This document shows, one piece after another, positions 1-9,852 of a stretch of DNA of 47,309 nt. A program made the position numbers and the translations under genes. The stretch is from Thermoplasmata archaeon (GTDB lineage Archaea > Thermoplasmatota > Thermoplasmata > RBG-16-68-12 > JAGMCJ01). Under the pieces are notes generated by a model. The model ran no database searches. It was not told the DNA's origin and saw nothing but the letters and a program-made list of their open reading frames with translations. The stretch spans positions 1 through 47,309 of the forward strand of contig JAGMAI010000020.1 in NCBI GenBank assembly GCA_023130895.1, given 5' to 3'. How positions within the stretch are numbered: position 1 is the first letter of the stretch; the number at the start of each line of letters is the position of its first letter.

Positions 1-914
1 AGCATAGGGACGATTGGTGAGTGAGATTTATTGATTTCTGTGGGACTCGGAGCACCCATATAATCACTCCAGAATAATCGTTCAGAGTGTTCATGTGATA
101 CTGCAATAGGCCATGTCTGGCTAATTGGCGTTTCGATGTCCGTATTGTCCTATGCTCGTTTGTGAGAGAGATGGGTTGGAGCTCTCTAGGTTCGTGTTGA
201 GGCTTGTCTGAAGCCACAGGTAGGTTTTGCACTAGGTTCGGAGCCATTCTCGATATGCAGACTGCCGGGGCAATGCAGGATGAAATCGAGGGCCTGGATG
301 AAAAGCTCTCGACATTACTTCATGATGAAGACGTTCAGAGGTTGCTGAAGAGGAGAATGATCGAACGCGGGATTAGGTGATTGTTTTCTCTTTTCATCCA
401 ACCGGGGTCTCAACCGAGTTCAACGGTCCATGTGCCGAGAGCGTTGAGATGTCGCTTAGATATTCCCTTCTATTGCCAGTCGTTGACATGGGTCGTGCTC
501 GGATGAGGACTGACTTTCTGAAAACCTCAGGATAGTTCAGCGAAGCTTCGGATGATAGTCTTCTGACGATAGGCCTTCATGAGGGGACATACAGGAGCTT
601 GAGTTTCCAGACATTCCTAGGGAGAGATGGACAAGAATCCGATGCTCAACCTCGTCGAATGCTGTCGCGCTCCTGAATGCGCTTGTTCTCTGTCTTGAGG
701 GCTTAATCCATCTGCAGAGCACACCACGAAAACAACAGGGACGGATGGCTCAATATCGACTACGAATGTCTCCAAAACAAATAAAAGGAGGAAACGGATG
801 CAGGACACGGAGGAGACAAGGGGATGTACTTCTGGATGTCTGGCTGGCGTGACGTGGCAGCGAAGAGCATTCCCCTCTGATGGCCTGGTATCACCAGTAT
901 GCGGGGTATGACTC

Positions 915-3053
915 ATGAGTAGATATGACGGACTAGATGCGAGGTCGGAACTGGAGCAGACCGTCGCAGAAGACCTCGAATCCGCACTCAAGAAGAGGAG
1001 ATTCGAGGTGAGACATAATGGGACAAAAACACAACCAGCTAAGGCAGGACTGCCAGACATTGAGGTCTGGAATGCCAAGAACCACATCAACGTTGAGGTG
1101 ACCAAGACGACGAAATCAAGTTCTGACCGGGAATACTTAGCGATCAAAGACCATCTCGACCAATCAAAGGAGAAGCACCCGAATAAGAGTTGCTTTGTCT
1201 GGTACATATCACCAGAGACTCACTATCGAATGATGGGAGCCATGAGAGCACATAACCTCTCAAGGGAGGATATCCCAGATCTTGTGATGATGCCAGTCTG
1301 CTTTTCCACATTTGAGCTGTTTGTTGGCAAACTCGTTCAGGCCACGAAAGATGAATACAAGGCACCTCAGATTGTCCAACTGTTCTCCCGATGCAAGGAT
1401 TTCGCGGACGATGAGAGTGTCTTGAGAATCTTCTACGAAGAGCTGTTTCCGACCGACAATGAATTGAGGAAGAGACTTGAGGCAAGAGAAGACAACAGAC
1501 ATCAAACCATTGTCCAAGATCTAATCAGAGATCTCACGAGACTTGAACAGGACTTGAGGGACTATAGAATAGCTTTGTCTACGGACGCTATCAAGAATGT
1601 CATCTACCTTGTCTTCATCAAACTCTATGAGGAAAAGCGAGAGTACGAGGGAAAGGAGAATCGCTTCACGAAGGAGACCTTCTTGAGGTTTCAGGAATAC
1701 GCAGGGCAAGAGGAGAAGAAGTTGGCTATCCACGAGCTGTTCAAGAAGATTAGGGACGACCCCGAATTAAGGAAGGCGAACCTATTCACAGACATGGATA
1801 GGTTATCGGAAAAGTTGAAAGATGATTTTGTCGTTAAGTATTTCATCGAACCCTTCTCGCAGTATCATTTCTACACCACGAAGGTGGATGGTTTGGGTGC
1901 AGCCTATGAAGTCCTTGGAAAACTATCGGGAAAGGATGTGAAAGTGGGGCAATTCTTCACGCCAGAGTATGTTGTGAAGTTCATGGTCAAGCTTGCTGGG
2001 CTTGAGAGCACTGACATTGTGCTCGACCCGGCCTGCGGGACTGGAAGATTCTTGATATATGCTATGGAGGACATGCTTTCCAGGGTCACTGGAGTGAACG
2101 TTGACAAGCAGAAGAAGAATGTCAAGACGAAGCAACTCTTGGGATCAGACGACGACACGAATGTAGCGAAGCTGGCAAAAATGAACATGTACATACACGG
2201 CGATGGAAAAGCGAACATCTTCGATCGAGACGGGCTGTTGCTGTCTGACTTCGACAAGAAAATCGATGTTGTTCTCACCAACCCTCCGTTGGGTAATCTG
2301 ACATACATGAAGGATACTTATGATGACGACTTCAGGCTCAAAAGAATGGAAACAATACCCAGAAAAAACCAGACAGAAGAGAGTCTCACGGTCTTTGAGG
2401 AGAGACTTGTCCGCTTCAGAGAGAAGCTAAAAGAAGCCAAGAAGACAGAGAAGAAAGTCAAGTACTTCGAGAAGAAGGTCAAAGAGTATGAGGAGAAGGT
2501 AAGTGAATGCAGACTCCAAATAAGAGACGGAAAGGAGGAATATAAGACTACGGGCAATCTGATGAAGGGTGGAGCCCTCTTCGTCAACGCAACGAAGCAC
2601 TATTTGAAGGATGTTAGAGATGAGGATGCTCTGCCCGAATGGCGTGGAGGGAAACTGCTTATTATCCTTGACGAAGGCATCCTGAACACGGACAACTACA
2701 GACAAGCTAGGCAGTTCATCAGGACGCACTTCTACATCAAGGCAGTCATATCACTAACCAAAGACGCATTCGTGCCTGTGTCAAATACGACTACGAAAAC
2801 GTCAATTCTGTATGCAATCAAGAAGGAGGATCCAGATGCGATTCAGAAAGAGCCAGTATTCTTTGCTCATGCAGAAAAAGTTGGGATTAATACGAGGAAG
2901 AAGACCTGTCCGAATCACCTGTACAACGATCGTACTAGCATTCTGTCGAAGTATTCAGAGTTCAAGAAATGCGTACTTGAGTCCTATGATGAGGTCCATT
3001 TCAACAGAGAACGCTTCTTGGAGCACGGCTTTGAAAAGGGGATAATAGGTTGA
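915..3053 (+). CDS. Fused PD-(D/E)xK endonuclease / gamma-class N6-adenine DNA methyltransferase (BcgI-A-like, Type IIB/IIG RM subunit)
   Basis: 712-aa ORF. The N-terminus has a nuclease-like pattern (GLPDIEVW...INVEVTK). It is followed by HsdM-type motifs: GQFFTPEYVVKFMV (motif X), VLDPACGTGRFL (motif I, SAM binding), NMYIHGDG and VVLTNPPLG (motif IV). The stop overlaps the start of the next gene. Confidence 0.75.
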   Translation: MSRYDGLDARSELEQTVAEDLESALKKRRFEVRHNGTKTQPAKAGLPDIEVWNAKNHINVEVTKTTKSSSDREYLAIKDHLDQSKEKHPNKSCFVWYISPETHYRMMGAMRAHNLSREDIPDLVMMPVCFSTFELFVGKLVQATKDEYKAPQIVQLFSRCKDFADDESVLRIFYEELFPTDNELRKRLEAREDNRHQTIVQDLIRDLTRLEQDLRDYRIALSTDAIKNVIYLVFIKLYEEKREYEGKENRFTKETFLRFQEYAGQEEKKLAIHELFKKIRDDPELRKANLFTDMDRLSEKLKDDFVVKYFIEPFSQYHFYTTKVDGLGAAYEVLGKLSGKDVKVGQFFTPEYVVKFMVKLAGLESTDIVLDPACGTGRFLIYAMEDMLSRVTGVNVDKQKKNVKTKQLLGSDDDTNVAKLAKMNMYIHGDGKANIFDRDGLLLSDFDKKIDVVLTNPPLGNLTYMKDTYDDDFRLKRMETIPRKNQTEESLTVFEERLVRFREKLKEAKKTEKKVKYFEKKVKEYEEKVSECRLQIRDGKEEYKTTGNLMKGGALFVNATKHYLKDVRDEDALPEWRGGKLLIILDEGILNTDNYRQARQFIRTHFYIKAVISLTKDAFVPVSNTTTKTSILYAIKKEDPDAIQKEPVFFAHAEKVGINTRKKTCPNHLYNDRTSILSKYSEFKKCVLESYDEVHFNRERFLEHGFEKGIIG

Positions 3054-4471
3054 CACTGGACGCATCCAACTATTACATATCATATCCAGCAGAGAAAGAA
3101 GACGAACGCCTAGACTTCAATTATAATCATCCCATCTACAGAGAGATGGAGAGTAGGATAAGGCAGCTTGGGAGCTGTTACGAACTGAATGAAATCATTC
3201 GAGCAGCAGGATTGACCAACGGAGTGGAGATAAGGAATTTCGTGGAAAAAGAGGAAGGCAACCCTTATTTGCGGGTGTCGGATTTCCGGGATGTAGGCGT
3301 GTCGCTTGAGAATGTGGCTTACGTCTCAGCTTCTATCGATGACCTAGCCAAGGATATTGGGCTTGAGAATGGGGACTTGTTGGTTACAAGGTCTGGAACT
3401 CTCGGTTTGGTTGTTACTGTCGATGACATCTTTCCTAAATCCCTCATAATCTCGTCTGACATCATTAGAGTCAGGCTGAAATCGAGAATAGGGAGTGTGA
3501 GAATCGTACCGAAGTATGTTGAGGTCTACTTGAGGACAAGTCTGGGTCAGTATCAGTTTCGGAGAATCGACCACGGTTCATCCATACCCAAGATAAACCA
3601 GCCGTCCCTATCATCGATCTCGGTATTAATACCAACAGCAGACAAGCAGCAACGTATTGTTAATGCTTTCAACAGTGCTTTGAAGCAATACTGCAATAGA
3701 TTGCACACGTCAAGAGAACTCATTGCTCACGCGTTTGAAAAGCTTCTAGATGAGCTGGGAGTGGAACTGGTTGATGAGAAGGCTGACTACTATTACAGTT
3801 GGTTTGATGAGCTGAATGATAGACTCTCGTATGGAACCTATCATCCATCTGTAGAGCAACTCAGAACCTCCTTGGACAACTCAAAGCACGGATCAAGAAC
3901 CCTAGGACAACTCATAGAGCTCCGATACGACACGATAGAACCAACAAAACAACCAGAAGAGGAGTACTTGTACATCGGTCTCGAAGACATCGAGCGAAAC
4001 ACCGGCAGTTTGTCCAATGTCCGTAGGATGAGAGGACAAGATATTTCGAGCAAATCGAATGTGTTCAGAAAGGGTCAACTGATGTTCGCTGGATTGAGAC
4101 CGTATTTGAACAAGTGCTTCATCCTAGAGCATCACGATGATGCGATAGGATCAGCAGAGTTGTTTGTGTGTGACCCGAAAGAAGGTGTATCGTTGAAGTA
4201 TCTGAAATGGTTCCTGCTTAGCGATGCCACTCTGAGGCAGACCGAATGGATCCTTTCAGGGGCAAGCTATCCACGGCTTGATGAATCGGATTTCCTCAAC
4301 TTGAAAGTGGTTATTCCCGAGGAGTATGAAGAGCAAGTGAGGATATCGAAGGCAGTAGACGTGGAAATGAGAAATGCTGAGACCGAGAAACAAGAGGCAG
4401 AGAAGAAATGGGAAGCGGCTATGAATTCTCTTGAAGGAATGATACGAGACGCTGTCAGAAGGGGAAGATAG
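3050..4471 (+). CDS. hsdS: HsdS-family DNA specificity subunit with two target-recognition domains
   Basis: 473 aa, with a TTG start inside a TTGA overlap with the upstream stop. There are two similar halves. Each ends in the conserved HsdS helical region (IPTADKQQRIVNAFNSALKQ, and VIPEEYEEQVRISKAVDVEMRNAETEKQEAEKKW). Confidence 0.85.
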   Translation: MTLDASNYYISYPAEKEDERLDFNYNHPIYREMESRIRQLGSCYELNEIIRAAGLTNGVEIRNFVEKEEGNPYLRVSDFRDVGVSLENVAYVSASIDDLAKDIGLENGDLLVTRSGTLGLVVTVDDIFPKSLIISSDIIRVRLKSRIGSVRIVPKYVEVYLRTSLGQYQFRRIDHGSSIPKINQPSLSSISVLIPTADKQQRIVNAFNSALKQYCNRLHTSRELIAHAFEKLLDELGVELVDEKADYYYSWFDELNDRLSYGTYHPSVEQLRTSLDNSKHGSRTLGQLIELRYDTIEPTKQPEEEYLYIGLEDIERNTGSLSNVRRMRGQDISSKSNVFRKGQLMFAGLRPYLNKCFILEHHDDAIGSAELFVCDPKEGVSLKYLKWFLLSDATLRQTEWILSGASYPRLDESDFLNLKVVIPEEYEEQVRISKAVDVEMRNAETEKQEAEKKWEAAMNSLEGMIRDAVRRGR

Positions 4472-4707
4472 GCAACACTCAGTAAATACCGAGCTGTCTG
4501 ATTCTCACTGAGACCGTTCCGTACGTCCAGATTCATCCTCCACTGAGGCTAGGAAGACTCAGGTTGTCATAAGGAAGGTTCTATGCGAGCCTTTGCCCAC
4601 AACTGGTCTTGACCTGACCTCCTCAAAGATGTTCTCTGAAGAGGAGAATACTACAGGTCTCCGAAATCGTTGAGTTCTATTGACATATTCAGTCAGTGGG
4701 GAGAGGA

Positions 4708-5943
4708 ATGCTTAAGAGCGTATTTCTCAAGAATCTCAAGTGCTTCGAGGAAGTTAGTCTTCCAGACCTTAGGGACATCAGCATATTGTGCGGAGCGAAT
4801 AACGTGGGCAAGTCCTCTATATTCCAATCCTTGGTGTTTCTGAAGGATTCGATTCGGAAGGGAGAACTCGATTGGAGTAAGGTCGAGCCTCAACTCGGGG
4901 ACTTCACCGACATGGTCCACAAGCATGACCTGAGAAGGAGCATCACAATCTCGTGTTCGTTTGCGATCTCAAAGGAGGACGAAGTCCTTCTGAAAGGACT
5001 GACGAAGATGCCTCGTGAGATATCCTACACAATTCGGTTCAACAGAGACCTCAGGTTGGTCGAGGAAAGCGTTGACTTCGATGGTGGCACCCCCGTCATT
5101 GTGATCGACCATCGTTCCGGACGTGGATCGACATTCCTCTATTCGGATTTCACTCAGTCGGTCGGTGAAGATTCTGCATTGACAGAAGTATCTCCCAATC
5201 GCTTTGCTCCCCTAGCTTGGGGGTTTCGCGTGACAGAGATGAAGGATCCAAGAGTTGCCGTTGTTGAGAGCTTGAGAAATGTCTTGACCAGAAACTTCGA
5301 GAATATGTATTTCTTGTCACCCAGACGAGGAATATCTGACTGGTCTTCTCGGCCTTCAGGTGCTCCAGCTCACGTTGGCTACCAAGGGGAGAGCACGAAC
5401 CCAATGTTGCACTATATGTTCTCAGAAAGGGACAAGACCTTTGACAAGATAGAAAAATGGCTCAGGAAATTCGACAGCGAAATCAAGATGCTCAAATCTC
5501 CAATGAGGGGAGATTCCACGGCTATCGTGGTCTCAACGCCACTTGGCGATATGAACATAATGACCTCGGGATATGGGCTCAACGCAGCGCTCCCAATAGT
5601 CGTACAGTGTCTGTGCTCTCCCCCTGGGAGTTCCATACTTATTGAGGAACCAGAAATCCATTTACACTCTGGGGCTCAGAAGGTTCTCGTTGACATTTTC
5701 AGGAGTCTCCTTTCGGACAAGAAACAGGTGCTATTCACCACGCACTCTTTCGACATTCTCTTGGACTTCTATGAGAGATTGCGGGATAAGAAGATCGACG
5801 AGAACAAGGTCATCAGGTATGACATCCTCAAGACAAGAAAAGGAAAACGAAGAGTCAGAAAAACAGATGTTCATAGGTATGGATTTAGTGGTCATGGTAG
5901 CTGGAGAGAACAACTGCGACATCTGACCGAGAGACCTCCCTAG
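4708..5943 (+). CDS. ABC-type / AAA_15-AAA_21-like ATPase (OLD/RecF-like ATPase domain, no attached nuclease)
   Basis: Walker A is GANNVGKSS near the N-terminus. Walker B with the signature region is ILIEEPEIHLHSGAQ. The H-loop is FTTHS. The ATG at 4708 is preceded by GGGGAGAGG; the ORF track begins at a GTG at 4696. Confidence 0.75.
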   Translation: MLKSVFLKNLKCFEEVSLPDLRDISILCGANNVGKSSIFQSLVFLKDSIRKGELDWSKVEPQLGDFTDMVHKHDLRRSITISCSFAISKEDEVLLKGLTKMPREISYTIRFNRDLRLVEESVDFDGGTPVIVIDHRSGRGSTFLYSDFTQSVGEDSALTEVSPNRFAPLAWGFRVTEMKDPRVAVVESLRNVLTRNFENMYFLSPRRGISDWSSRPSGAPAHVGYQGESTNPMLHYMFSERDKTFDKIEKWLRKFDSEIKMLKSPMRGDSTAIVVSTPLGDMNIMTSGYGLNAALPIVVQCLCSPPGSSILIEEPEIHLHSGAQKVLVDIFRSLLSDKKQVLFTTHSFDILLDFYERLRDKKIDENKVIRYDILKTRKGKRRVRKTDVHRYGFSGHGSWREQLRHLTERPP

Positions 5944-6208
5944 GCAAGCCGTGTTCGGTTTTCCCGTGTAGGCAAGATAATCTTGACCGTTGGAACAGGT
6001 GATGCTATCCAAACCAAGAGACACTTTTCGGGGGCTCTCGAAGGCAGTTTGTGATGACTGGCGTTAGCGTCCCCAATGTTGCAGTGCGTCAATATGAATC
6101 GTTGGAGGAATGTCGCGCTCCTCATTGTTCTGCGACACTTCCTCTATGGTTCGAAATATCTTTGACGTCTTCGAAATCCTTATCTGGCATTAGTCTCTTA
6201 GTTGACTT

Positions 6209-7309
6209 GTGAACGGATTGAAGTGGTATGAACGCGACGCGACGTACAGAGTCGGTGCAATATTGCTGATAGCCAGCGGGGCTATTGTCTCTGCACTCTA
6301 CGACAAGTGGGTGCTCCCGACCTTTCTCCCATTCTTGGTGGGCTGGGGCTTAGGTTTCTTCGGCGGGATGTGGCTTAGCAAGCTTGTCAGGGACCGCGTA
6401 TGGCTAAAGCAGGAATCCGCCCTTCTCATTTACTTGTCTGCGATAGGGTTTTCATACGTACTCTTGTTGGCTTTTGGCATTGTCCAGAGCTGGGCGTTCC
6501 CTGCATCCGCCGCTCTTCAAGGCATCGGAACAGCCTTCGGCTTTCACTTGCCTTGGAACCTCTCATATATGTATGAGAAACACAAGAGAGAGGAAGTGGT
6601 GGACATGCTCACATCACTTGCCAAACGGGAGAACTTCGTCATCACAGGTCTCGATTCAATCGCTCAGCTCAACAAGATCGTTGAAGAGAACGATGAGACT
6701 TCAGTTTTCAGTGATTTGTACGAACGACAGCGGTACAAGATATTCCATGAGGTCTGGAACAGACAGCGAGAGGAAAGCCGCGGGGAGCTTTATGATATTG
6801 CTGGGATTTGGGAGAAAGCTATGAAGCTCCGAGCGAGCGTTCGTGAGAGGATGCAGACGCTGTATGGTTTCTCAATGATTCCCGAAAGGGAAAACCTGTA
6901 TCCAGCATTTGCGAAGCTGCCAACATTGCTGACCGAACTACGAAGTCTGGTCATTGACTTGGCTCAAATCATTGATGACTTCGACGCAACGAGTCTTGGT
7001 AAACTTACTGGAGTATCGGCCAAGGCAGGACACGTGGCTTGGCAAGCTGTACTCAACCATACTGGCCAGGAATACGATCCAAAGACTATCGAAATCCTGA
7101 GAAATCTCAGGCAGATTAGGCACGGCTTCGCGCACAGATGGGATGAGGGCTTTTATCAGGCGCTGGAGTACTTCGGCTTGCACCAAGCGTTTCTATCTGG
7201 AGTCTATACTCAAGTCTGGATAGGGCTGTCCAAGTCCTACCTCGAAAGCCTTGACCTGATTCTTTCTCACCTGACTAGATGGCAGTATCACTCATACCGC
7301 GAGGTCTAA
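6209..7309 (+). CDS. Membrane protein (about 4 TM helices) with a C-terminal soluble domain carrying a HEPN-like R-x4-H motif
   Basis: 366 aa with a GTG start. Hydrophobic segments are RVGAILLIASGAIVSALY, FLPFLVGWGLGFFGGMWL, LLIYLSAIGFSYVLLLAFGIV and ASAALQGIGTAFGFHL. The C-terminal region contains LRQIRHGFAHRWDEG, which resembles the RxxxxAH motifs of AbiU2/Abi-type HEPN domains. Confidence 0.5.
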   Translation: MNGLKWYERDATYRVGAILLIASGAIVSALYDKWVLPTFLPFLVGWGLGFFGGMWLSKLVRDRVWLKQESALLIYLSAIGFSYVLLLAFGIVQSWAFPASAALQGIGTAFGFHLPWNLSYMYEKHKREEVVDMLTSLAKRENFVITGLDSIAQLNKIVEENDETSVFSDLYERQRYKIFHEVWNRQREESRGELYDIAGIWEKAMKLRASVRERMQTLYGFSMIPERENLYPAFAKLPTLLTELRSLVIDLAQIIDDFDATSLGKLTGVSAKAGHVAWQAVLNHTGQEYDPKTIEILRNLRQIRHGFAHRWDEGFYQALEYFGLHQAFLSGVYTQVWIGLSKSYLESLDLILSHLTRWQYHSYREV

Positions 7310-7491
7310 TTGCCGACTCCGTTCACAAGAGAACAGAAAACGTCTTCATTCTCATCGGAGAACGACATTCTGGGACCCAAAAGCAAACCTCAGACCTCTG
7401 TCAACTAACCTGATTGAAGGGCGTGTCCATCTCCTTCGAAGCCATGGCTGCCGCTGCCCTTATGTAGGAATGTGACCTACTGGGTATCCCA

Positions 7492-7950
7492 ATGAAAGAT
7501 GATCTTGAGCATGTTGTCATCAGAAGAGTAGAATTCGTCGCTGGAACGAAAGAGGAACCTGAAGCCAGCGTGTATGTCCAAGCAAATAGGAAGAAGCCGC
7601 CGCTGAAAACAGATCTGTTCAGGGTTGGTCAAGTTGTCTGGATGAAATGGTCTGGTGGTCCGATAGTTGCTCGCTCAAGAATTCTATCTTGGCAGAGTGG
7701 AACGGTTGTTGGGGGAGATGTCAGCGAAGTTCGGGACAAAACGAAGGGAACGGGCCTTCACGACAAGAAGCGGTTCTGGGAGTTCCTTGCTGACAAGGGC
7801 TACTTCCACTTCACAGTCGTTCGACTTACCGATGAAGAATTGCTGGAAACTCCCATCCACTCTACTGCGAGATCTTTCGGTTCATCTTGGATATACTTGA
7901 GAAATCAGAGAGACAAAAAACGATGGCTGGTGGGCCTTCACGATAGTTGA
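7492..7950 (+). CDS. Hypothetical protein (a small beta-rich, PUA/ASCH-like fold is only a guess)
   Basis: 152-aa ORF, co-directional with the upstream genes. No diagnostic motif was recognised. Confidence 0.4.
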   Translation: MKDDLEHVVIRRVEFVAGTKEEPEASVYVQANRKKPPLKTDLFRVGQVVWMKWSGGPIVARSRILSWQSGTVVGGDVSEVRDKTKGTGLHDKKRFWEFLADKGYFHFTVVRLTDEELLETPIHSTARSFGSSWIYLRNQRDKKRWLVGLHDS

Positions 7951-8280
7951 TTCCGCACAGTAGGCTTTGTCAACACCTGTAGCGATGCAGTGTACCTCTG
8001 TGCGCAAGGTTGATCCGCTTGGCCTGGCTCTGTTCCGAATCGATTGTGCAGAGCATGCTCAAACCAGAGTCTGCTTCGCTAATCCGGAAATGTAGTCTAA
8101 TCTAATGTCTTTTTCCCGCGACATCGGCAAACCAAACCTAGAGAGAAAATGGCAGACTTCAATATGGTGTGCGACAATACTTAGTTCTCATCAGCTGGTT
8201 CCGCTTACGCTAATCATCGTGATGCAATGTCACTGCAATAGGCTTTTCAGAAGTATCACCGGGAGAACGAGGTCCCCATA

Positions 8281-9852
8281 TCACGGGAACTTTCTCAAGG
8301 ATGATGGGGGGCTTGTTGCCGGTTCTGCAGAGATTCTTGCGATGCAATTAGGGGGACCAATCGAGTATGTATCTTGACCCGAGCCCGTGTCAATCGGGAG
8401 AGGAATACTGTCGACACTGCCTGAGGCATCGAATTTGATCAACCATATGTCCGAGTCACCGGCGCCGTAGGACTTTGTGGACCCGACTACTGTGTACTCG
8501 TCATCGGAAATCTCGTGGACTGCATGTCCAAACCAATGCATAGAGGAAACATCCCATCGACTCCCGCCAAATGTCTTGTTCCATTCCTCATTGCCTGAGT
8601 TGTCGGTTTTGATCAACCACATGTCCATCTCGCCAGCACCGTATGAGCTTGTGGCTCCTGCTATGATGTACCCACTGTCAGAAGTCTGCTGAGCGGTCTG
8701 TCCCTCGTCCCGTCCTGCCCCACCAAATGTCCTGTTCCATTCTCCATTTCCTAGACTGTCAGTTTTGATCAGCCATAAATCCCAAGCACTAGCTTCAGAA
8801 TAGTACGTTCTCCCAGTCATTATGAATCCATCATCAGAAGTCTGTTGAACTGACATTCCATAGTCCCCCTCAGTCCCGCCAAAGGTTTTGTTCCATTCTT
8901 CATTGCCCAGACTGTCGGTCTTGATCAACCACGCATCGGAGTTGCCTTCACCGTAGGATCTCGTGCCCGCTGTCACAACGTACCCATCATCAGAGGTCTG
9001 CTGGACAACGAGTCCAAGCTCCCACTCGCTTCCGCCGAATGTCCTGTTCCATTCCTCGTTACCCAGACTGTCGGTCTTGATCAGCCACACGTCCTTGTTG
9101 CCTGCGCCATAGGACTCTGCAGTCCCTGCTATGACGTACCCGTTATCGGAGGTTTGCTGAACTGACATTCCATAGTCCCTTTCACTCCCGCCAAAGGTCC
9201 TATTCCATTCTTCATTGCCAGAACTATCAGTCTTGATCAGCCACGCATCCGACAAACCACCACCGAGGGTCATTGTAGCCCCCGCTATGATGTACCCCCA
9301 ATCAGAAGTCTGTTGGACCGAATATCCGTCATCCAATTCGCTCCCGCCGAATGTCTTGTTCCATTCCAGATTGCCCAGACTGTCGGTCTTGATCAGCCAC
9401 GCATCACGGTTCCCAGCACCGTAGGAAGCCGTATCCCCGACGATTATATAACCGCCGTCTGAAACCGGCTGGGCCGAGTGACCATAATCCTCTTCGGTCC
9501 CTCCATAGGTCTTGTTGATGAGGAGGCTGGTAGACCACGAGAGTCCAACCTCTCCCGTAGCGGCAGCAGAGCTTGCGTTCCTTCCATACCCTTGGGGTCC
9601 ACTCGGTCCGGGCAGTCCCATTGCACCCACGTCACTTTGTGGTCCTGCGGGATACTCCGAACCCATTGATCCGGGGAATCCGAGCATACCAATCAAGGCC
9701 AAAGCCAGCGCAATCACTGCGACAGATAGGGCAGCATTGGAGACATCGATCATTGGAGCGCGGACAACGAGAGGTGCAGGGGCGGCTGGGGATATTGCTT
9801 CCAGTGGGTTCTCGTTTGCCGGCTCTCTAGTACGACTGACTTCGCTATTCAC
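8281..9852 (-). CDS. Membrane-anchored / secreted repeat protein (beta-propeller-like repeats of about 50 aa)
   Basis: GTG start with GAGGAGGT upstream. There is an N-terminal TM segment (AALSVAVIALALALIGMLGF). Seven copies of D-x-WLIK(T/F)D-x-x-G-x-x-EWN(K/R)TFGG...SVQQTSD-x-GY(I/V)I(A/V)G...SYGAG follow. Confidence 0.8.
   Translation of the reverse strand: MNSEVSRTREPANENPLEAISPAAPAPLVVRAPMIDVSNAALSVAVIALALALIGMLGFPGSMGSEYPAGPQSDVGAMGLPGPSGPQGYGRNASSAAATGEVGLSWSTSLLINKTYGGTEEDYGHSAQPVSDGGYIIVGDTASYGAGNRDAWLIKTDSLGNLEWNKTFGGSELDDGYSVQQTSDWGYIIAGATMTLGGGLSDAWLIKTDSSGNEEWNRTFGGSERDYGMSVQQTSDNGYVIAGTAESYGAGNKDVWLIKTDSLGNEEWNRTFGGSEWELGLVVQQTSDDGYVVTAGTRSYGEGNSDAWLIKTDSLGNEEWNKTFGGTEGDYGMSVQQTSDDGFIMTGRTYYSEASAWDLWLIKTDSLGNGEWNRTFGGAGRDEGQTAQQTSDSGYIIAGATSSYGAGEMDMWLIKTDNSGNEEWNKTFGGSRWDVSSMHWFGHAVHEISDDEYTVVGSTKSYGAGDSDIWLIKFDASGSVDSIPLPIDTGSGQDTYSIGPPNCIARISAEPATSPPSSLRKFP
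8420..9520 (-). repeat. In-frame tandem coding repeats, period about 150 bp (about 7 units)
   Basis: The DNA periodicity corresponds to the WLIKTD...TFGG...QQTSD protein repeats inside CDS 8281-9852. The repeat boundaries are approximate. Confidence 0.75.

Noticed and set aside
161-171. 11-nt direct match (tgtgagagaga) to the anticodon-arm region of the tRNA-Val (42422-42432), plus gcgtttcga at 128-136 matching 42365-42373. I considered this as the left att site of the island.
   Set aside because: Roughly one 11-mer match to a 73-nt query is expected by chance in about 94 kb of two-strand sequence. The flanking bases do not align (about 12 of the 36 flanking positions match). The match does not include the tRNA 3' end, which att cores normally contain. 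It is worth a proper alignment but does not support a boundary.
255-380. 41-aa ORF (MQTAGAMQDEIEGLDEKLSTLLHDEDVQRLLKRRMIERGIR) in the otherwise ORF-free first 900 nt
   Set aside because: It is too short, has no recognisable motif or clear ribosome-binding site, and cannot be told apart from a chance ORF.
537-1207. Minus-strand ORFs 617-1207 (196 aa) and 537-722 (61 aa)
   Set aside because: The longer ORF is antisense to the 5' end of the well-supported methyltransferase gene. Both are Ser/Leu/Cys-rich with no motif. They are most likely antisense or chance frames.
8420-9520. Regular periodicity of about 150 bp, considered as a possible CRISPR array or satellite
   Set aside because: The periodicity is in frame inside a long ORF and encodes a conserved protein repeat. 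There is no alternation of short identical repeats with unique spacers.
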